Source: a bacterium (GTDB lineage: Bacteria; UBA8248). From it: a stretch of DNA of 64,000 nucleotides. Position 1 is the first letter of the stretch. Every line of letters begins with the position of its first letter. Shown here piece after piece: positions 17,209-27,094 of this stretch. Below the pieces are notes generated by a model. That model was not told the DNA's origin, made no database searches, and saw nothing but the letters and a program-made list of their open reading frames with translations. The stretch spans positions 707,735-771,734 of the forward strand of contig CBDCRP010000003.1 of the NCBI GenBank assembly GCA_965221165.1. Reading direction: 5' to 3'. A program made the translations under genes and the position numbers.

Positions 17209-17461
17209 GCCCCCTCTTTCAACTCAGAAATTCATTGCGTGGATAATCTCTCGTCGAGGTATTACAGGGGGGGCGGTAACAAAACTGGATAGGCTACGGG
17301 TTAAAACTAACGATTCCAGAGGCTCGCTGTCAAGGCGCTCGCTCCCGAGCGCGCGCATGCGCCGGGGATGATCATCGGCGCGGGACGTCCACGAGGACGG
17401 GCGAATGCGCCCTCCTCCGTCAGTCCGCTTTTATCCGCCCCCCCTTGGCGCCGGTTGTATT

Positions 17462-17779
17462 CTATCCATCCCCCTGATGGATGGTTCTCAGGTCTCGCTC
17501 GAGATCTTCAAGGTCGTATTGGGCCGGCGCTTTTCTCGCGCGGGCATAATCCGTCATCTCCCACAAGGACACCCCGGCATCGCGAGCGGCCCGCGCGAGC
17601 GTGAGCTTTCCATCCCCGTACAGCCGGACGTAGTGCTCCAGCTTCCATTGCCGGATCGCGCTCGAGAGCAGCCGGCGCACGGTGGTTGAACGATCGGACT
17701 GCTCCACATCCTCGATGAGTTCCAATTCGCGGACCAACTCCAGGGGGAGTCTGGCGCCCACCATCCGTTCTTTCTTCAT
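17462..17779 (-). CDS. UPF0175-family antitoxin (RHH-like N-terminus)
   Basis: I place the start at MKKERMVGARLPLELVRELE. The C-terminal segment LYGDGKLTLARAARDAGVSLWEMTDYA is the UPF0175 pattern. The ATG overlaps the stop of the PIN gene (17776..17779). Confidence 0.7.
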   Translation of the reverse strand: MKKERMVGARLPLELVRELELIEDVEQSDRSTTVRRLLSSAIRQWKLEHYVRLYGDGKLTLARAARDAGVSLWEMTDYARARKAPAQYDLEDLERDLRTIHQGDG

Positions 17780-18291
17780 CTCTTCGCCTCCCGTGCGAGT
17801 CTCAATACTTCCACCACGACGGCCGGGGAGAGCCATAATATCCGAGTGATATCCCGAATCGTGGCCTCGAATTCTCCCAAGTCAAGGTATCCTCGCAAGT
17901 ACGCTTCCAACAATGCGCCGACGGCGCCCAAGTGTTCTACCCCGACCGCCGCGGCCACGCTTCGGGCTTCCTTGTCATCAGCGATCAGTCGCAGGCCCCG
18001 CAGGTCCGCGAGCGCGATGGACTCGGCCTCCCCCCGGTCCAGCCGGGAGCGCCCCATCAGCCGTTGCATCAGGTCTTGCTCCTCGGCGGTCAAGCGCACC
18101 GTCCGCAGCCAGCCGTCTTCCATAGCGGTCTCAAGTTGTTCCACGCCCAGGGCGCGAACAACCCTGCCGGTATCGATTGTCTCCTCCTTCACGACAGCCC
18201 CTATCAGCACCTCGCCGTAGAGTTCGTTCAAGAGTCCCAGACGCCCGAGCTTGGCGAGGACAATCAACGAAGAGGCGTCGGCTACGATCAT
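17776..18291 (-). CDS. DUF3368-type PIN-domain toxin
   Basis: 171 aa: MIVADASSLIVLAKLGRLGLL...DRGEAESIALA...LIADDKEAR. GAAGGAG lies 6 nt upstream of the ATG. Confidence 0.75.
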   Translation of the reverse strand: MIVADASSLIVLAKLGRLGLLNELYGEVLIGAVVKEETIDTGRVVRALGVEQLETAMEDGWLRTVRLTAEEQDLMQRLMGRSRLDRGEAESIALADLRGLRLIADDKEARSVAAAVGVEHLGAVGALLEAYLRGYLDLGEFEATIRDITRILWLSPAVVVEVLRLAREAKR

Positions 18292-18328
18292 TCAATCTCC
18301 TTCAGAAATCTCACCACTACATTACCTG

Positions 18329-18357
18329 ATGATAACATATTTTACAATTGTTTACAA
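18329..18357 (-). promoter_or_regulatory. sigma70-like promoter of the PIN/UPF0175 operon with embedded direct repeats
   Basis: On the minus strand: TTGTAA (18357..18352), a 17-nt spacer, then TATCAT (18334..18329). The 9-mer TTTACAATT occurs twice at a 10-bp spacing on the + strand (18341..18349 and 18351..18359), a plausible antitoxin operator. Confidence 0.45.
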
Positions 18358-18418
18358 TTCGGGATTGACATGCTCTCCACCGCTGCTTGGCCACACCGGC
18401 TGGTGCACCCCTCCGCCG

Positions 18419-19180
18419 TCAGGCTCCTACCTCTTCCGCCAACTCCTCGGCGGTTTGTGCGATGAGCGCGATGTCCTGGGGTCTCGAGAGCCTGTGATCC
18501 CCATCCTTTACGAGCGTCAGGCGCACGTCGTCGCTTTTGAGGGCGCGCGCCAGGCGTAAACTCGTTTCCCACGGCACGCTCTCATCGCGCATCCCGTGGA
18601 TGAGGCGAACGGGGCAAGCGAGCGGGATATCATCGCGCAGGAGCAGATGGTTCGCTCCCTCCTCGAGCAGTTTCCTGGTGATGGGGTATGGCGCCTCGTA
18701 TTCCGATTCACGCATGAAGTACCCCTGCGCATCGAGTTCCCGCCGCGTGGCTTCGGCGAGCGCGCTGCGTATCAAATCCTCGGTGAAGTCGGGGGCCGCC
18801 GCCACTCCCACGATGCCCTCCACGCGCCCGGGCCGTGCCAGGGCGGCGAGCAGCATAATCCATCCGCCCATGCTCGATCCGACGAGCACCTGGGGACCCC
18901 GGGCGACGCGGTCCAGTATCGCGACGGCATCCTCCGCCCACTCCCCGATGGTTCCCTCCTCGAATTTTCCCGAAGATTCCCCGTGGCCGCCGTAATCGAA
19001 GCGGACGTAGGCGCGCCCCACCTCTCGGCAATGCGCCTCGAGCGCACTCGCCTTCGTCCCGCTCATGTCCGAGTGAAAACCGCCCAGGAACATCAGGCCG
19101 GGAGATTTCCCCTCCAGCCGGAACCAGGCGAGCGAAGTCCCGCCCGGTCGAGAGAGGAAACTCGAAGCGGCGTCAGCCAT
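18419..19180 (-). CDS. alpha/beta hydrolase
   Basis: I place the start at MADAASSFL. The nucleophile elbow is GSSMGG, and GDH lies near the C-terminus. Confidence 0.85.
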   Translation of the reverse strand: MADAASSFLSRPGGTSLAWFRLEGKSPGLMFLGGFHSDMSGTKASALEAHCREVGRAYVRFDYGGHGESSGKFEEGTIGEWAEDAVAILDRVARGPQVLVGSSMGGWIMLLAALARPGRVEGIVGVAAAPDFTEDLIRSALAEATRRELDAQGYFMRESEYEAPYPITRKLLEEGANHLLLRDDIPLACPVRLIHGMRDESVPWETSLRLARALKSDDVRLTLVKDGDHRLSRPQDIALIAQTAEELAEEVGA

Positions 19181-19188
19181 TTTTCGTT

Positions 19189-19722
19189 CTAGGATGATTT
19201 CTTGAGATGTTCGAGCAAACGAGCGGGGACGCCCCGGACCGCAGCTTCCGCCGCTTCGTCCAGGCACCGCCCATCCTCGTCGAATACCTTATGGACGCTC
19301 CCGATGGAGGCCTGGCCGGGCAGAACTTCTCCGCCGATATGGGTGAGAATGTGTCTTAAGTGCGATAGCGCGTTGTCCGCGCTCGGCCCCATCGCCACAC
19401 CCAGGATGGCGATGGTCTTGCCCTCGAACGTCGAGGGGTAGCCCAGGTTGTCTATAGCCAGTTTGAGCGTGCTGCTGATGCTGCCGTGATACTCGGGCGT
19501 CGCGATGAGGATTCCCGCCGCCCCCGTCACCAAACCTTTCAGCATCTCGGGGTCTTTCGATTCGCTCGGCTCTCCGGGCAGGGGCAAATCCAGATCGCCC
19601 AGATGCACGCGGGTGATCTCGAAATCACCCTCCCCCAACTCGTCGAGCGCGAGCGCAAGCGCCTTGTCCGTATTGTTTTGCGGCCTGCGACTACCGCCGA
19701 ACACGAGAATATAGGGGGGCAT
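19189..19722 (-). CDS. NAD(P)H-dependent FMN reductase
   Basis: I place the start at MPPYILVFGGSRRPQNNT. The segment ...ILIATPEYHGSISSTLKLAIDNL is the typical flavin reductase signature. Confidence 0.85.
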   Translation of the reverse strand: MPPYILVFGGSRRPQNNTDKALALALDELGEGDFEITRVHLGDLDLPLPGEPSESKDPEMLKGLVTGAAGILIATPEYHGSISSTLKLAIDNLGYPSTFEGKTIAILGVAMGPSADNALSHLRHILTHIGGEVLPGQASIGSVHKVFDEDGRCLDEAAEAAVRGVPARLLEHLKKSS

Positions 19723-19736
19723 TTCCGTCTTTTCGA

Positions 19737-20843
19737 TTAAGCAGCGACGCCCGCAGGCTCGGGAAGTACGATGGGCTCGGTATCCTTGAGAAGCGGCAGA
19801 ACCTCCCTGCCGAAAATTTCCGCCTCTTCCTTGTGCGGCCATCCGTTCATGATGAAGTGGCGCACGCCCGCGTCGTAATACTCTCTAATGACGCCGGCGA
19901 CCATCTCCGGCGTGCCGACGAACATGGTTCCAGCACCCCCACGCACCTTGTTCACCCCCATCCAAATCGTATCGGTGAGCCAGAGACTCCCCCGGGAGCC
20001 CATCTCGTTGATGCGCATCTGGCCGGTGGATTCGGTGTTGTTCTTCATGTCGGCCCACGTACCCGTGTTCGAGATGTCGCTCCTGTCAATAAGCGCCTCG
20101 GCGGCGCGCACCGCCTCTTCCCTCGTCTCGCGCACGCAGACCAGATGGCGGATGCCGTAACTCAGCGGGCGCTCGCGGCCATATTCCTGCGACTTCTTCA
20201 CGCCCTCCTCGATGTCCTTTCCGACGATTTCGGGTTCTGCGGCGTACATCACGTGCACATCCCCGTGCTCCCAGGCCACCCGCTTTCCCGGGTCCGAGCT
20301 GCCCGCCAGGAAGATCGGGGGGTTGGGCTTCGTCACCCTCTCGGGGAAGATGGCCGCATTTTCGATTTCAAAGAATTTTCCCTTGTAGTCCAGCGGACCG
20401 TCCGAGTCCCACAGCTTGCGCACCACGTCGAGAAACTCCCCCGTGCGCGCATAGCGATCGTCATGCGGCATGAAATCCCCGTATCTTTTCTGATCGACGG
20501 GCGTGCTGCCCGTCACCACGTTCAGCGTACAGCGCCCGCCGGTCAGATAATCAAGGCTGTTCGCCTGCTGCGCCGCATAGACCGGGCCGGTGATTCCGGG
20601 CCTGAAAGCCACCAGAAACTTGATTTTTTTCGTTCGGCTCGATATCGCGCCAGCCGCCGTCCACGCATCGATGCAGTGCGTGCCGCACGGCACCAGGATA
20701 TTGGCGAAACCCGCCTCCTCGGCCGACCTCGTCACCTCGGCAAGATAGTCCAGGGTGGCGGGACGATCAGGCGTCTTCTGGTTCACCTGCGTCCCGTCTC
20801 CCGCCCTGTGGGAGCAAAGCGCCCAGATATATTCGGTAGACAT
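19737..20843 (-). CDS. LLM-class (luciferase-like) flavin-dependent monooxygenase
   Basis: 368 aa: ...AEEAGFANILVPCG....DAW....A..T.KIKFLVAFRPG. It lies adjacent to the FMN reductase, consistent with a two-component system. Confidence 0.9.
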   Translation of the reverse strand: MSTEYIWALCSHRAGDGTQVNQKTPDRPATLDYLAEVTRSAEEAGFANILVPCGTHCIDAWTAAGAISSRTKKIKFLVAFRPGITGPVYAAQQANSLDYLTGGRCTLNVVTGSTPVDQKRYGDFMPHDDRYARTGEFLDVVRKLWDSDGPLDYKGKFFEIENAAIFPERVTKPNPPIFLAGSSDPGKRVAWEHGDVHVMYAAEPEIVGKDIEEGVKKSQEYGRERPLSYGIRHLVCVRETREEAVRAAEALIDRSDISNTGTWADMKNNTESTGQMRINEMGSRGSLWLTDTIWMGVNKVRGGAGTMFVGTPEMVAGVIREYYDAGVRHFIMNGWPHKEEAEIFGREVLPLLKDTEPIVLPEPAGVAA

Positions 20844-21126
20844 ATATGACCTCCTGGATGCGTCCCTGACCGGCGCGACGCACAGGCCGAAAAAGCGTCA
20901 ACATCTCAACCGGGGTACGTCCACCAAGATAAAGCCATCGCCATCATGAATCAAGCCCATGCGTCGAGCAGCCCGAAGATGCGCAGCAGCTTGAGGCATC
21001 GAGAATGAACGTACCGGAATCAGGCGAATATCCCGATGAATGGATCACGCGGGCGCGATAGCCTGCACAAAATCACGGGAACCCCGAAGCGGCCCGGTCG
21101 AGCCGAATACCGATCGAAGCGAACTT

Positions 21127-21714
21127 TTATGGCTTTTTATCCAGGACGACCATGTAGAGACGCTCCCGCTTGCGTTCTACGATGACGTTGCGGCGCTCCA
21201 TCTCGTGCCCCGACAGCCGCAACCACATCGAATACTCGCCAGGGCCAAGACTCTTCACTTCGAGCGCCGGATCGGCTTTGCCGTAATACCGGCTGTCGAT
21301 GAAGACTTCCGCACCCGGCGGGTCCGAGCGGACGACCATGCGCCCGGCTCCGTCTCTCGTGAGCGTCATCTCGATGGGCATCTTCTTCACGCGCAAATCG
21401 ACTTCCAGAACCTGGCCGGCAAAACCCGGAAACTCCGCCCGTATCGAATGACGCCCATAGTCCACGCCCTTCACCTCGACGGGCCTTAGGGAATACGCGG
21501 CCCCGCGCGGATTGCCGTTAAAAATAATGGCGGCGCCCTCAGGCTTGCTCGTCACGATGACGTCGCCCTTGCCCCTCGGGGTTTCGGCGGGTTTCTGCCC
21601 CCGCAAACACCCCGCTCCCGACGCCAGAGCGCAAAGTGCGAACAAAACGAGAATTGAACGGATGGAGCGCTTCAGTGGCCACATTGAAGCCGAGAGTCTT
21701 TTATTCATGCTCAT
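21127..21714 (-). CDS. PEGA-domain lipoprotein
   Basis: Signal peptide with the lipobox LASGAGC and two PEGA-like modules (VTSKPEGAAIIFNG, VRSDPPGAEVFIDS). The start may instead be ATG 21708. Confidence 0.65.
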   Translation of the reverse strand: MSMNKRLSASMWPLKRSIRSILVLFALCALASGAGCLRGQKPAETPRGKGDVIVTSKPEGAAIIFNGNPRGAAYSLRPVEVKGVDYGRHSIRAEFPGFAGQVLEVDLRVKKMPIEMTLTRDGAGRMVVRSDPPGAEVFIDSRYYGKADPALEVKSLGPGEYSMWLRLSGHEMERRNVIVERKRERLYMVVLDKKP

Positions 21715-21855
21715 CCCCCCCTGTCTTGCTGAGTCCTGAGCCTTCCTCAAATGAGCCTTCCTCAAATTTACCCTGTTTGGCGCATGAGTGAAAGTCGCCG
21801 CAACAGAGGAACCCGGAGTACGCTTGCCGATTCACCGCCCATGAGGAATGATGGG

Positions 21856-23592
21856 ATGTATTCCAGAAAACCTACACCTACGGGAGAACATTTCAAGATG
21901 CGAGGCCACCTGAGAGGACTGACGAACTACGGCGATCCGGGCTTCAGCGTTTTCGCAAGAGGCGCTTACGTGCGGGGCTTCGGCCTGACGAAAGAGGATT
22001 TGGAAAAACCCATCGTCGGCATCGCCCAGACCTGGAGCGAACTCAATCCGTGCCATCGCCACTTAAGGGAAATCGCCGAGGCCGTCAAACGCGGCGTCTG
22101 GCAGACGGGAGGACTGCCGCTGGAGTTTCCCACCATCTCTTTGGGGGAAATGTACTTAAACCCCACGGCCATGTTCTTCAGGAATCTCCTCTCGATGGAC
22201 ACCGAGGAGATGATAAAGGGCCAGCCCATGGACGGCGTGGTGCTCCTCGGCGGCTGCGACAAGACCCTGCCTGCGCAGCTCATGGGCGCGGCGAGCGCAG
22301 GCATTCCCGCCATCTGCGTGACGGCGGGGCCGATGATCGGCGGACGCTTCGAGGACAAGGTGCTGGGCGCGTGTTCGGATTGTCGCGGAACGTGGGCCGA
22401 ATACAGGGCGGGCAATTACGATGATGAGCGGCTCGAGGAGGTTCAGGGTTCGCTCTTCCCCTCCACGGGCACCTGCATGGTGATGGGCACGGCCAGCACC
22501 ATGGCGTCTCTCACCGAGGCGATGGGCATGATGCTCCCGGGCCTTGCGGCGGTTCCGGCGGTGAACTCGCAACGCATCCGCCTGGCGGAGCAAAGCGGGC
22601 GGCGCATCACCGACCTGATCGAAAAAAACATAACGCCCGATAAGATCATCACACGAAAAGCATTCGAGAACGCCATTCGCGTGCTCATGGCCGTCGGCGG
22701 CTCGACGAACGCCGTCGTTCACCTGCCGGCCATCGCCGGACGCCTGGGTCTGGACCTCCCGCTCTCCCTATTCGATGAAATTTCCAGAACCACGCCCATG
22801 CTCGGCAACATCCGGCCATCGGGGGATAAATACCTGATGGAGGACCTGGCTGCCGCGGGCGGAATCCCGGTGGTGATGAAAGAACTGGAACCCCTGCTTC
22901 ACGGGGACTGCCTGACGGTGACGGGAGAGACCGTGACGCAAAACCTCAGACAAGTCCAAAGGGCGCAGGATTGGCAGGACGTCATCTACACGCGGGAAAA
23001 CCCAATTTCGGAAGAAGGCGGCCTCGTCATCGTCAAAGGCACGCTTGCGCCCGACGGCGCGGTCATCAAGATTTCGGCGGCCACCTCCGATTTGTTGACG
23101 CACACGGGCCCGGCGGTCGTCTTCTCATCGCAGCAGGACCTGATCGAACGAATCGACGACCCCGACCTCCCCGCGACGGCGGAGAGCGTTTTCGTCCTTC
23201 AGAACACCGGGCCCATCGGCGCGCCCGGCTTCCCGGAGGCCGGCTCCCTGCCCCTCCCCAAGAAGCTGCTCGAAGCGGGCGTGCGCGACGTCGTCCGCGT
23301 CTCGGACGCGCGAATGAGCGGAACGGCGTCCGGAACCATCGTGCTGCACGTGGCGCCGGAAGCGGCCGCGGGAGGCCCCCTCGCCCTGGTTCAAGACGGG
23401 GACATGATCACCCTGGACGTTCCCAACCGAAAGCTCGACCTGAACATGCCGGAGGAAGAACTGGAGCGCCGCCGCGCCGCCTGGGAGCCTGTGCCGCCCC
23501 ATTACGACAGGGGCTACGGCAGGCTGTTCATCGAAAACGTGCTCCAGGCGCCCGATGGCTGTGATTTCGGTTTCCTGCAAAAAGTGGAGTAA
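21856..23592 (+). CDS. IlvD/Edd family dehydratase (sugar-acid / dihydroxy-acid dehydratase-like)
   Basis: Motifs KPIVGIAQTWSELNPCH.HL, LLGGCDKTLP, and a long conserved C-terminus. I chose the start at ATG 21856 (GAGGAA upstream); 21841 and 21898 are alternatives. Confidence 0.85.
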   Translation: MYSRKPTPTGEHFKMRGHLRGLTNYGDPGFSVFARGAYVRGFGLTKEDLEKPIVGIAQTWSELNPCHRHLREIAEAVKRGVWQTGGLPLEFPTISLGEMYLNPTAMFFRNLLSMDTEEMIKGQPMDGVVLLGGCDKTLPAQLMGAASAGIPAICVTAGPMIGGRFEDKVLGACSDCRGTWAEYRAGNYDDERLEEVQGSLFPSTGTCMVMGTASTMASLTEAMGMMLPGLAAVPAVNSQRIRLAEQSGRRITDLIEKNITPDKIITRKAFENAIRVLMAVGGSTNAVVHLPAIAGRLGLDLPLSLFDEISRTTPMLGNIRPSGDKYLMEDLAAAGGIPVVMKELEPLLHGDCLTVTGETVTQNLRQVQRAQDWQDVIYTRENPISEEGGLVIVKGTLAPDGAVIKISAATSDLLTHTGPAVVFSSQQDLIERIDDPDLPATAESVFVLQNTGPIGAPGFPEAGSLPLPKKLLEAGVRDVVRVSDARMSGTASGTIVLHVAPEAAAGGPLALVQDGDMITLDVPNRKLDLNMPEEELERRRAAWEPVPPHYDRGYGRLFIENVLQAPDGCDFGFLQKVE

Positions 23593-23597
23593 AGCCC

Positions 23598-24644
23598 TTG
23601 CGCCGCGTTCGCGTCGTCACACGCTTGCTGCCCTGCATCCGGGCCTTGCGCGGCAGGCCCGTCTCGCCTGCGACCCAAGAACGCCTGGCCCGCGCGGTGG
23701 ATGAGGAGAAAATAGAACTCATCATCGAACCCGAAGCCGAAAAGCGCATGGCGGCGATGGAAGAGGCGGATTTTTTCTTTTGCGAAAACGACCCGCTTCC
23801 CGGTGATTTTTATGCGCGCGCGAAAAAACTGAAACTCATCCAGGCGGGCGGCTATTTCTTTGAAAAACTACAAATCGAGCGCGCCACGGGGGCGGGAGTG
23901 CCCGTGATGACCTTCCCGATGCCGATCACCGATTCGGTGGCGGATCACGTCATCATGCTCCTGCTCGCGCTGGCGAGAAACTTTGAAGTTGGAGTGCGCG
24001 CCGCCCGCGAGGGTTCCGAAAACCCCCCATCTCCCCAAAGGGCCGACGGCAGCGCGTACAACTGGACGCAAACGCAAGGCATCGCTCCCCTTCGCGGGGT
24101 GCGCCTGGGCGTCCTGGGGATGGGCGACATCGGACGCGGCGTGGCGTTGCGCGCCCGCGCGTTCGGGATGGAGATTATCTACTGGAACAGAACGCCGCTG
24201 CCCGAATCCGTGGACGAGGCGCTGGGCGCGCGCCCCGTGGGGCGGGAGGAGTTGTTCCGAAACGCGGACGCGCTGCTGGTCGGCGTGGGCTTGAATGAGG
24301 AGACGCGCGGCATCGTCGGCGAAGAGGAAATCAGGGCGCTCCCCAAAGGGGCATACATCCTCAACATCGGGCGCGGGGCCCTGATCGATCAGGAAGCCAT
24401 GTATCACGCGCTCGCGGACGGCCACCTCGGCGGAGCGGGGCTGGACGTGTTCGATCCCGAACCGTTTCCGGCTGAACACCCCCTGCTGCGCCTGCCCAAC
24501 GTCATCCCCACGCCGCACTGCGCGGGCGGAGACGATGAGAACATCATCACCGAAATCGAGCTTTTCTTCGCGAACGTCCACCGCGCCCTTGCCGGCGAAG
24601 CGCCCTCAGGGGTCGTGAACGGCGTCGCCTGGCGGGGTTTGTAG
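23598..24644 (+). CDS. D-isomer-specific 2-hydroxyacid dehydrogenase family protein
   Basis: NAD-binding motif GVLGMGDIGRGVA, with the catalytic-region residues R...E...H (PTPHCAG). It appears to start at TTG 23598. Confidence 0.8.
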   Translation: MRRVRVVTRLLPCIRALRGRPVSPATQERLARAVDEEKIELIIEPEAEKRMAAMEEADFFFCENDPLPGDFYARAKKLKLIQAGGYFFEKLQIERATGAGVPVMTFPMPITDSVADHVIMLLLALARNFEVGVRAAREGSENPPSPQRADGSAYNWTQTQGIAPLRGVRLGVLGMGDIGRGVALRARAFGMEIIYWNRTPLPESVDEALGARPVGREELFRNADALLVGVGLNEETRGIVGEEEIRALPKGAYILNIGRGALIDQEAMYHALADGHLGGAGLDVFDPEPFPAEHPLLRLPNVIPTPHCAGGDDENIITEIELFFANVHRALAGEAPSGVVNGVAWRGL

Positions 24645-24647
24645 GCG

Positions 24648-25370
24648 ATGTGCGGGCGCTTCACCCTCACCAAACCCATTCCCTGGCTCGCGGAAATTCT
24701 GGGTGTCGGGAACCCCGAAAGCGTGGGCGAGGTTCCGCCGAGATACAACGTCTCACCGGGGACGGACGTCCTCATCGTCCGATCCCGGGAGCGGGAGGCG
24801 CGCGAGTTGGGCATCACCCGCTGGGGCCTGGTGCCCTTCTGGGCGAAGGACCCCGATTTCGGGGCCAGAACGATCAACGCGCGCTCTGAAACAGCCGCCC
24901 AGAAACCCGCCTTCCGCGCCGCCTTTCGCTACAGGCGATGCCTCATCCCCGCGGATGGATTTTACGAATGGGCGGGGAGCGGGAGAAAAAAACAGCCCTG
25001 GTTCATTCACCTTCAAAACAGAAAACCCTTCGCGTTCGCGGGTCTGTGGGAGAGTTGGAGCGGGGCGGACGGGAGCGTTCTCGATACCTGCACGATCCTC
25101 ACGACGGAAGCGAACGAGAAACTTGCCGAACTGCATCACAGAATGCCCGTCATCCTGCCCGAGGATTCCTACGCGGAGTGGCTGGACCCGAGCGAGAACC
25201 GCGCGAAAGCCGTCCAGGAGCATCTACAGCCATATCCCTCAGACGCCTTTTCGTATTACCCCGTGAGCGAGCGTGTCAACAGCCCGAGAAACGATGACGC
25301 CGCCTGCCTAGAAAGACACGTAGAGCAAGAGAAGCCCCCACGGCTTCAGGGGTCGCTGTTCGGGGATTGA
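24648..25370 (+). CDS. SOS response-associated peptidase (SRAP/YedK family)
   Basis: N-terminal MCGRF (catalytic Cys2), then ...YNVSPG...RWGLVPFWAKD....INARSET....FR....RCLIPADGFYEW. Confidence 0.9.
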   Translation: MCGRFTLTKPIPWLAEILGVGNPESVGEVPPRYNVSPGTDVLIVRSREREARELGITRWGLVPFWAKDPDFGARTINARSETAAQKPAFRAAFRYRRCLIPADGFYEWAGSGRKKQPWFIHLQNRKPFAFAGLWESWSGADGSVLDTCTILTTEANEKLAELHHRMPVILPEDSYAEWLDPSENRAKAVQEHLQPYPSDAFSYYPVSERVNSPRNDDAACLERHVEQEKPPRLQGSLFGD

Positions 25371-25489
25371 GGCTCCGGAACCCGTAGTGACACGGTTCCT
25401 CCCTCTTCGGTCGGAATCGACTCATCGGGGCTGTCCCACGGGCCCCTGTGCCCGCCCGCAGAACTGCGGCGCGCGCCGTCAAACCATGC

Positions 25490-25732
25490 GGGACGCATAT
25501 ATGCGTCCCCTACACCCATCTGTTCGGGTCATCACCCCTAGGGGCGGTTTGAAAGGAATATCCCTGGATTCGCAAGGCCATTCGCGTGAACGGCCCTACG
25601 TTCGTGAAGGGTGGGAAAACAAAAGGGCGGACACGCAGGTCCGCCCCTACGTCCAGATGCCGCAACCTCCGTTTCCATCGCGGGGTGCGCGCGGCATGGG
25701 AAATCCGGGCGGACACATAGGTCCGCCCCTAC
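25490..25732. repeat. cluster of GC-rich hairpin repeats (stem-loop + CCCTAC family)
   Basis: Three elements: GGGACGCATATATGCGTCCC+CTAC (25490..25513), GGGCGGACacgcagGTCCGCCCCTAC (25625..25650), and GGGCGGACacatagGTCCGCCCCTAC (25707..25732). They lie between convergent genes. Confidence 0.8.
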
Positions 25733-25788
25733 GGAAGAATATTCATATTACGGGATGCCAGTGTTATCAATCTCTTACAAGCTGAATC

Positions 25789-26982
25789 TCAAGAGATGGA
25801 TGAGCCCTCCGGTTGCTCTTCTATCGGCGCATCCGTGGTGAGGCGCTTTTTCGCGGTGGGCGCGTAGCCGCCGCCCGCCATCGTGGAGGCGATTTCGAGA
25901 ATCTCGCGCATCGCTTCGGGCATCCCCGAGGGATAGGCATCGTCGGGACACTTGCTGTTCGTCATGTAGGCGCACGGCTTGCACTCGATGCAGCGGATGA
26001 CCTCCCCATCCCGCGCGGAGAACGCCTTGTTCGCATAGTCCGGGTCGGTGAGCATCGCGCGCCCCACACCGACGAAATCAGCGCCTGCGTCGAGATAGTC
26101 CTGAATCCGCGCAGGCTCGAAGGCGGCCCCGTTCGCAACGAGAGGAACGTCCACCACCGCACACAGCCGCGCGAACGCGGGGTTGTACAAATCGGGCATG
26201 ACGGGCAGCCCCACGCGCGCGTTTCTCGAACAATGGAGAATGTCGACCCCCGCCTCCACGAGCGCGGGCGCCAGAGCAAGCATATCCTCCACCGTGAATC
26301 CGTTCTCGAAGGGCTCCAGAAGACCCAGGCGATAGCTTATGACCATAGCGTCGCCCCCGCCCTCGCGCACCGCCTGCGCCACCTCGAGCGGAAAGCGCAT
26401 GCGGTTTTCGAGCGAGCCGCCGTAGCCGTCCGTCCGCTGGTTCGAGGCCGGGGAGAAGAACTGCTGGCACAGATACCAGGTGGCCCCGTGAATCTCGAGC
26501 ATCCGGCCCCCCGCCTCGCGCACCCGCCGCGCCGCGTCTCCGTAAGCCTTAACGGCGGTTTTGATATCCGCCTCGCTCATTTCGCGCGGCACCTCGTCCT
26601 CGGTGGGGTGCGGGACGGGAGAAGGCCCCACGGGCTCCATGCCCGTGATGGCGCTGAGCGCCGTTCTGCCCGCGTGATAAATCTGGACCGCGAGCGGAGC
26701 GCCCGCTTCTTCCACCGCCTGAATCAACTCGCGAAGAGCGGGTACGTGCGCATCCTCATGCGTGCCGAGCTGGTTGGGAAACCCCTTCCCCTCCTGGTTG
26801 ACGTAGGTCGCCTCGGTGAAGCACACCGCAGCGCCCCCTCTGGCGCGGGCGGTGTAGTGCGCGTGCGACCAGGCGGAGGGCGCGCCGTCTTCTTCGGCGC
26901 GCGAGGTCGTCATCGCGGACATCAGAATCCGGTGCTTCACCCTCTGGCCGCGCACTTCGATGGGATCCGTAAATTTCGCCAT
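25789..26982 (-). CDS. NADH:flavin oxidoreductase (Old Yellow Enzyme family) with a C-terminal Cys cluster motif
   Basis: I place the start at MAKFTDPIEVRGQRVKHRILMSAM. The sequence includes HAGR and GYGGSLENRMRF. The C-terminal motif C-x2-C-x2-C-x8-C (CIECKPCAYMTNSKC) resembles the Fe-S site of dienoyl-CoA-reductase-type OYEs, but no FAD/NAD(P)H domain follows. Confidence 0.85.
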   Translation of the reverse strand: MAKFTDPIEVRGQRVKHRILMSAMTTSRAEEDGAPSAWSHAHYTARARGGAAVCFTEATYVNQEGKGFPNQLGTHEDAHVPALRELIQAVEEAGAPLAVQIYHAGRTALSAITGMEPVGPSPVPHPTEDEVPREMSEADIKTAVKAYGDAARRVREAGGRMLEIHGATWYLCQQFFSPASNQRTDGYGGSLENRMRFPLEVAQAVREGGGDAMVISYRLGLLEPFENGFTVEDMLALAPALVEAGVDILHCSRNARVGLPVMPDLYNPAFARLCAVVDVPLVANGAAFEPARIQDYLDAGADFVGVGRAMLTDPDYANKAFSARDGEVIRCIECKPCAYMTNSKCPDDAYPSGMPEAMREILEIASTMAGGGYAPTAKKRLTTDAPIEEQPEGSSIS

Positions 26983-27094
26983 GTAGAAAATACTCCCGAA
27001 AATCACCCTTGAGAATACCATCGCGGCGAGCACAGCCGCGCCCGCCGCGATGCGTTCTCCAATCAGGAAGCGGGGGCCACGCCCGCTCCCTCGT

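Noticed and set aside
15563-18400. Complete integrative element at tRNA-Asn
   Set aside because: There is no integrase or excisionase gene. I could not find a direct repeat of the tRNA 3' end downstream. Only the first roughly 0.8 kb is compositionally deviant, so I report it as an islet, not a mobile element.
25380-25788. Possible CRISPR array (also considered for 39.9-40.3 kb and 56.7-57.6 kb)
   Set aside because: The repeats are internally palindromic hairpins of several different modules at irregular spacing. There is no constant repeat/spacer periodicity, and no cas genes are in the window.
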